Source of the DNA: a virus
Lineage: Duplodnaviria; Caudoviricetes
DNA length: 31,635 nt
IMG/VR virus record: IMGVR_UViG_3300013132_003595
Location: 1-31,635 of that record
Strand: one strand, 5' to 3'
Shown: positions 28,954 through 31,635 of the stretch, in pieces
How positions within the stretch are numbered: position 1 is the stretch's first letter
Layout of the letters: every line of letters starts with the position of its first letter
Made by a program: the position numbers and the translations under genes
Notes under the pieces: model-generated
What the model saw: only the letters and a program-made list of their open reading frames with translations
Told to the model about the DNA's origin: nothing
Databases searched by the model: none

Positions 28954-30452
28954 TATACTGGTCCTCCACCAGAGCCATCTCCACCAGGAACAAGTGAATT
29001 CCCGTAATCAAATTTAGGATCAGTTTCATCCAAAATATCATCTATAATTTTTACTTTTTCTTTTTCAAGTTCAGACACTTCTTGAACCAAACCTAATGCA
29101 TCTTCATGTAGTGGTAATATATTTTCATTAGGATCAGCAATTACATTTTCGGTATCACCCATTCTTGTAAATCTACTTTCTGTTTCCACACTATCAGCAT
29201 TTGCTTCTTCTCCTTCGGATGGACCTCCAGGTTTCTCATTAAGAAATACAAGTTGGCTTGGTAAATCTTTTATAGAACTTTTTAATTTATTTAGGTTAGC
29301 ATATGCAGTAGAAAAATCTGCAACATTTATTGGTATACCGGAAGGACCTGTTCCGGTTGGATGGGTTTGACTTTGAATTGCCTTTGTAATGTTCATTAAA
29401 ACTTGACATAAATCATTTAACCAATTCATTGTTGTTGTTCCCATAAGCACTGGTTGAACGGCATTTAATCCAAGACTTATTTTTTGTTCTGATTCAAATT
29501 CAACAACTTGTTTACCATCGAGTGAAATTCCTTTTTCAGAAGAAAAACCAATACCTTCTTTACTAAATCCAATAATCTCTTGTTTTCTTGCATTAAAAAC
29601 AATTCTATCGGATGCAATCATTACAGCATTTCCACCATACTCATTTTTTGTAAAAAGATTTATGCTTTTATTAGTTATTGATGGTGTAAATGTAGATGCC
29701 GGTTCAAACTTAACATATTGTCCTGATGTAAGCCATATTGTAGAATCATCTTTATCTATTTCTTCGAGTATAAATTCGTTTCTTGGTTTTTTATCAGGAT
29801 TGGTTCCGTTAGATATTATCAATATAGGATTTCCTGTTGCTCCTAAACCTTTTTTCCAAGTTGGAACTTGTGGGTATTTTCTTCTTTCATCTATTGTTGA
29901 ACCAAATCTTATTGATTGTCCCCATCTACCTTCAAGTATTATATCACCAGAATATGGTTGTATTGGATAAACGTCACTTCTTTCAACAAATATAGGATCA
30001 ATAGTATAGTTTGGAGTTATATTTCCTTGTGAAGATTGTGGCATACCATCTCTTGCCGCATCTCTTGCCTCTGGATTAGTTGGGTTAGTTTGTGCTAACC
30101 AGTCGGTCATACCAGGAAGACCATTGTGATGAACGGATGATTGAATAGAAACAGGATTGGAATAATAATACTCTTGTGAAATTGCGGCAGCACTTGCATG
30201 TGGGGATGGTGCTTTTGTAACAAGTATTATTTCACCCCGTATAGGTATGTTTTTTATATTTGCATCAAGTGCACGAGCACGAATAACATCTTTTTTATTG
30301 TGACCAACCGCTCCGGCATATCTACATAAAAGGGAATAGAGTGTATTTTTATCTTTACCTTCAAAATCTACATCCAATACTTCAGCAGGAAACCATTCTC
30401 TTGGTTTCCCATCTAAAATAGTGGTTTGTGGATTAAACGTCTCTGCTGACAA
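28953..30452 (-). CDS. Baseplate central spike, gp5/gpV/VgrG-like
   Basis: N-terminal OB-fold-like region (AEVLDV...PIRGEIILV), then QPYSGDIILEGRWGQSIRFGST, a beta-strand-repeat region (IASDRIVFNAR..EI) and a THPTGTGPSG tip motif. TTG start with AGGAG SD. Confidence 0.7.
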   Translation of the reverse strand: MSAETFNPQTTILDGKPREWFPAEVLDVDFEGKDKNTLYSLLCRYAGAVGHNKKDVIRARALDANIKNIPIRGEIILVTKAPSPHASAAAISQEYYYSNPVSIQSSVHHNGLPGMTDWLAQTNPTNPEARDAARDGMPQSSQGNITPNYTIDPIFVERSDVYPIQPYSGDIILEGRWGQSIRFGSTIDERRKYPQVPTWKKGLGATGNPILIISNGTNPDKKPRNEFILEEIDKDDSTIWLTSGQYVKFEPASTFTPSITNKSINLFTKNEYGGNAVMIASDRIVFNARKQEIIGFSKEGIGFSSEKGISLDGKQVVEFESEQKISLGLNAVQPVLMGTTTMNWLNDLCQVLMNITKAIQSQTHPTGTGPSGIPINVADFSTAYANLNKLKSSIKDLPSQLVFLNEKPGGPSEGEEANADSVETESRFTRMGDTENVIADPNENILPLHEDALGLVQEVSELEKEKVKIIDDILDETDPKFDYGNSLVPGGDGSGGGPV

Positions 30453-30795
30453 TTTTATTCTCCTCTTGTTCTTCTTTGATTTCTTCTATGCCCTTCAACA
30501 GAGCTTCTTTTTCTTCATCTGTCAAGAATGAGGAGGATTCTTCACTATTATTAGCCATAGCACGTTGTATAACCGCTGCCAGTTTAACCAAGTGTTCATC
30601 ATTCTTAACACCCACTTCCATAAAATCTTTTATTGCCGGCACCAAAATAGCAGCATCACTTATGTTATTTAACATAGGTTTTAAGTCAGCAATAAGAAGG
30701 TTTATCTGACGATCTTTTTTCTTCTGATTATCGTAAATATCTTTCAATAAATCAGAGAATTTTTTACTACCAAAAATTTCTTCATTTAAGTTCAT
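30433..30795 (-). CDS. Hypothetical helical phage protein
   Basis: Start placed at ATG 30795 (MNLNEEIFG) to avoid overlap with the sigma gene; the track uses 30840. Overlaps the spike start by 20 nt. Confidence 0.75.
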   Translation of the reverse strand: MNLNEEIFGSKKFSDLLKDIYDNQKKKDRQINLLIADLKPMLNNISDAAILVPAIKDFMEVGVKNDEHLVKLAAVIQRAMANNSEESSSFLTDEEKEALLKGIEEIKEEQEENKIVSRDV

Positions 30796-30796
30796 A

Positions 30797-30807
30797 ACTA
30801 TAAATAT
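30797..30807 (-). promoter_or_regulatory. Candidate phage late-promoter motif ATATTTATAGT (copy 2)
   Basis: Fills almost the whole 11-nt gap between the sigma gene stop and the next ATG. Identical to 11371-11381. Confidence 0.5.
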
Positions 30808-31541
30808 CAGTTGTTCATAATATGTTGAATTTGATACCAAGACATTTCTTCTATATTAACACCGTTTTGGTATTCCATATACATTTTTGAGTATATCACC
30901 TTTATTTTGTTAATTACACTAGTAATATACTGTGAATTTACACCAGTTCTTTCTCTAACCAAAATGTATATTGCCTTTTTATTGTAATTTTCTATGTTAT
31001 CTCTTGTCTTAAATAGATACAAAATTGAGTCTGCAACTTGAATATCCCGTTGTTTTGAGAAAAATAAAGGTAAATTTTTTTCCATAACATTAACAAAAAT
31101 ATCAATAAAGTCACTTTTTTCTTCTATTATATCTTTTCTTATTTTTTCGTTTACAATATTTCTTTCCAAATCAATTGCACCAATATCTTGACTACGCTTA
31201 AAATGATAATAGTTTTTATTATTTTCTGCAATTAGATAATTTTTAGCAACAATTGAAAAGTAAGAAAATGCTTTACCGTTTTCAGCTTTATATTTGTGTA
31301 TTTTTTCGTGAAGAAAAGCAATGACTTCATGTTTAACATCTTCGTGTCCTACATCAAAATTGTAAAACTTAAAACGATGTATCATTATTTCTGCTAACTT
31401 GTAAAATGCAGGATGTATTTTTTTAGTATAAATGATATTTCTTTGAATGTCATCTTCCATTGAATTATACAATACTATTGCATCTTCCGTTTCTTGTGTA
31501 AAGTAAATATTTGGTTTTTTAGGACTTCGTTTTTGTTTCAT
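30807..31541 (-). CDS. Phage sigma factor, T4 gp55-like (late transcription)
   Basis: YFT...FYKLAEIMIHRFKFY...EDVKHEVIAFLHEKIHKY...GKAFSYFSIVAKNYL resembles sigma region 2 as seen in gp55-type factors (F.Y...E.M..D......F...K..NPFAYFT.I). It sits at the head of a structural module. Confidence 0.65.
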   Translation of the reverse strand: MKQKRSPKKPNIYFTQETEDAIVLYNSMEDDIQRNIIYTKKIHPAFYKLAEIMIHRFKFYNFDVGHEDVKHEVIAFLHEKIHKYKAENGKAFSYFSIVAKNYLIAENNKNYYHFKRSQDIGAIDLERNIVNEKIRKDIIEEKSDFIDIFVNVMEKNLPLFFSKQRDIQVADSILYLFKTRDNIENYNKKAIYILVRERTGVNSQYITSVINKIKVIYSKMYMEYQNGVNIEEMSWYQIQHIMNN

Positions 31542-31635
31542 AAATAATCCTTTTCAAATTTTGCATCAAATTTTGGTTTTTCAAGAACAGAACTTCTTTG
31601 GTCATCCAACGGTGCTTCACCAAAATAAACTGCAA
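31538..31635 (-). CDS. 3' end of an upstream gene (partial)
   Basis: Open frame ...AVYFGEAPLDDQRSSVLEKPKFDAKFEKDYL* whose TGA overlaps the sigma ATG (ATGA). Confidence 0.6.
   Translation of the reverse strand, partial: AVYFGEAPLDDQRSSVLEKPKFDAKFEKDYL

Noticed and set aside
17435-30452. Bacterial T6SS, eCIS or tailocin locus instead of a phage
   Set aside because: Flanking primase, endonuclease I and gp55-like sigma genes, and the absence of host genes, indicate a replicating phage genome.
241-30709. The many short plus-strand ORFs and short alternative-frame minus-strand ORFs in the track
   Set aside because: They overlap long, motif-bearing minus-strand genes, have no recognisable motifs and show the composition of antisense shadows.
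992-31541. Stop-codon reassignment, since no called gene ends in TAG
   Set aside because: Genes are long and intact under the standard code with near-complete coding density and no in-frame TAG breaks. TAG avoidance is common in AT-rich genomes, so this window gives no positive evidence.

Overview
AT-rich (about 30% GC by eye) segment of a large, contractile-tailed dsDNA phage. All credible genes lie on the minus strand and are tightly packed. In transcription order (right to left): a partial ORF; a T4 gp55-like late sigma factor; a small conserved protein; a gp5/gpV-like baseplate spike; three large accessory proteins (1192 aa with an Asn-Pro linker, 895 aa LRR plus GH24 lysozyme, 784 aa with a CHAP/NlpC-P60-like amidase); gp25-like and gp6/gpJ-like baseplate proteins; a DNRLRE-type protein; a coiled-coil protein; a 1345 aa gpI/gp7-like wedge protein; a 229 aa protein; five paralogous proteins sharing a C-terminal 'ITSxGLY..LxAxAKL' module; a T7 endonuclease I-like resolvase; and a DNA primase running off the left edge. 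Main leads: (1) the P2 gpH-type tail-fibre attachment domain (DUF3751-like) appears split, with its N-half in one small protein and its C-half on five different partners; (2) a strong [ST]-[GAS]-S tripeptide enrichment confined to predicted exterior virion proteins, suggesting a modification sequon; (3) three spike-adjacent proteins that appear to share a short motif, two of them with different cell-wall-degrading domains; (4) an intergenic motif that is the reverse complement of the T4 late promoter; (5) a Bacteroidota-type promoter coexisting with strong Shine-Dalgarno use. All family calls are from motif recognition by eye, not from database searches.
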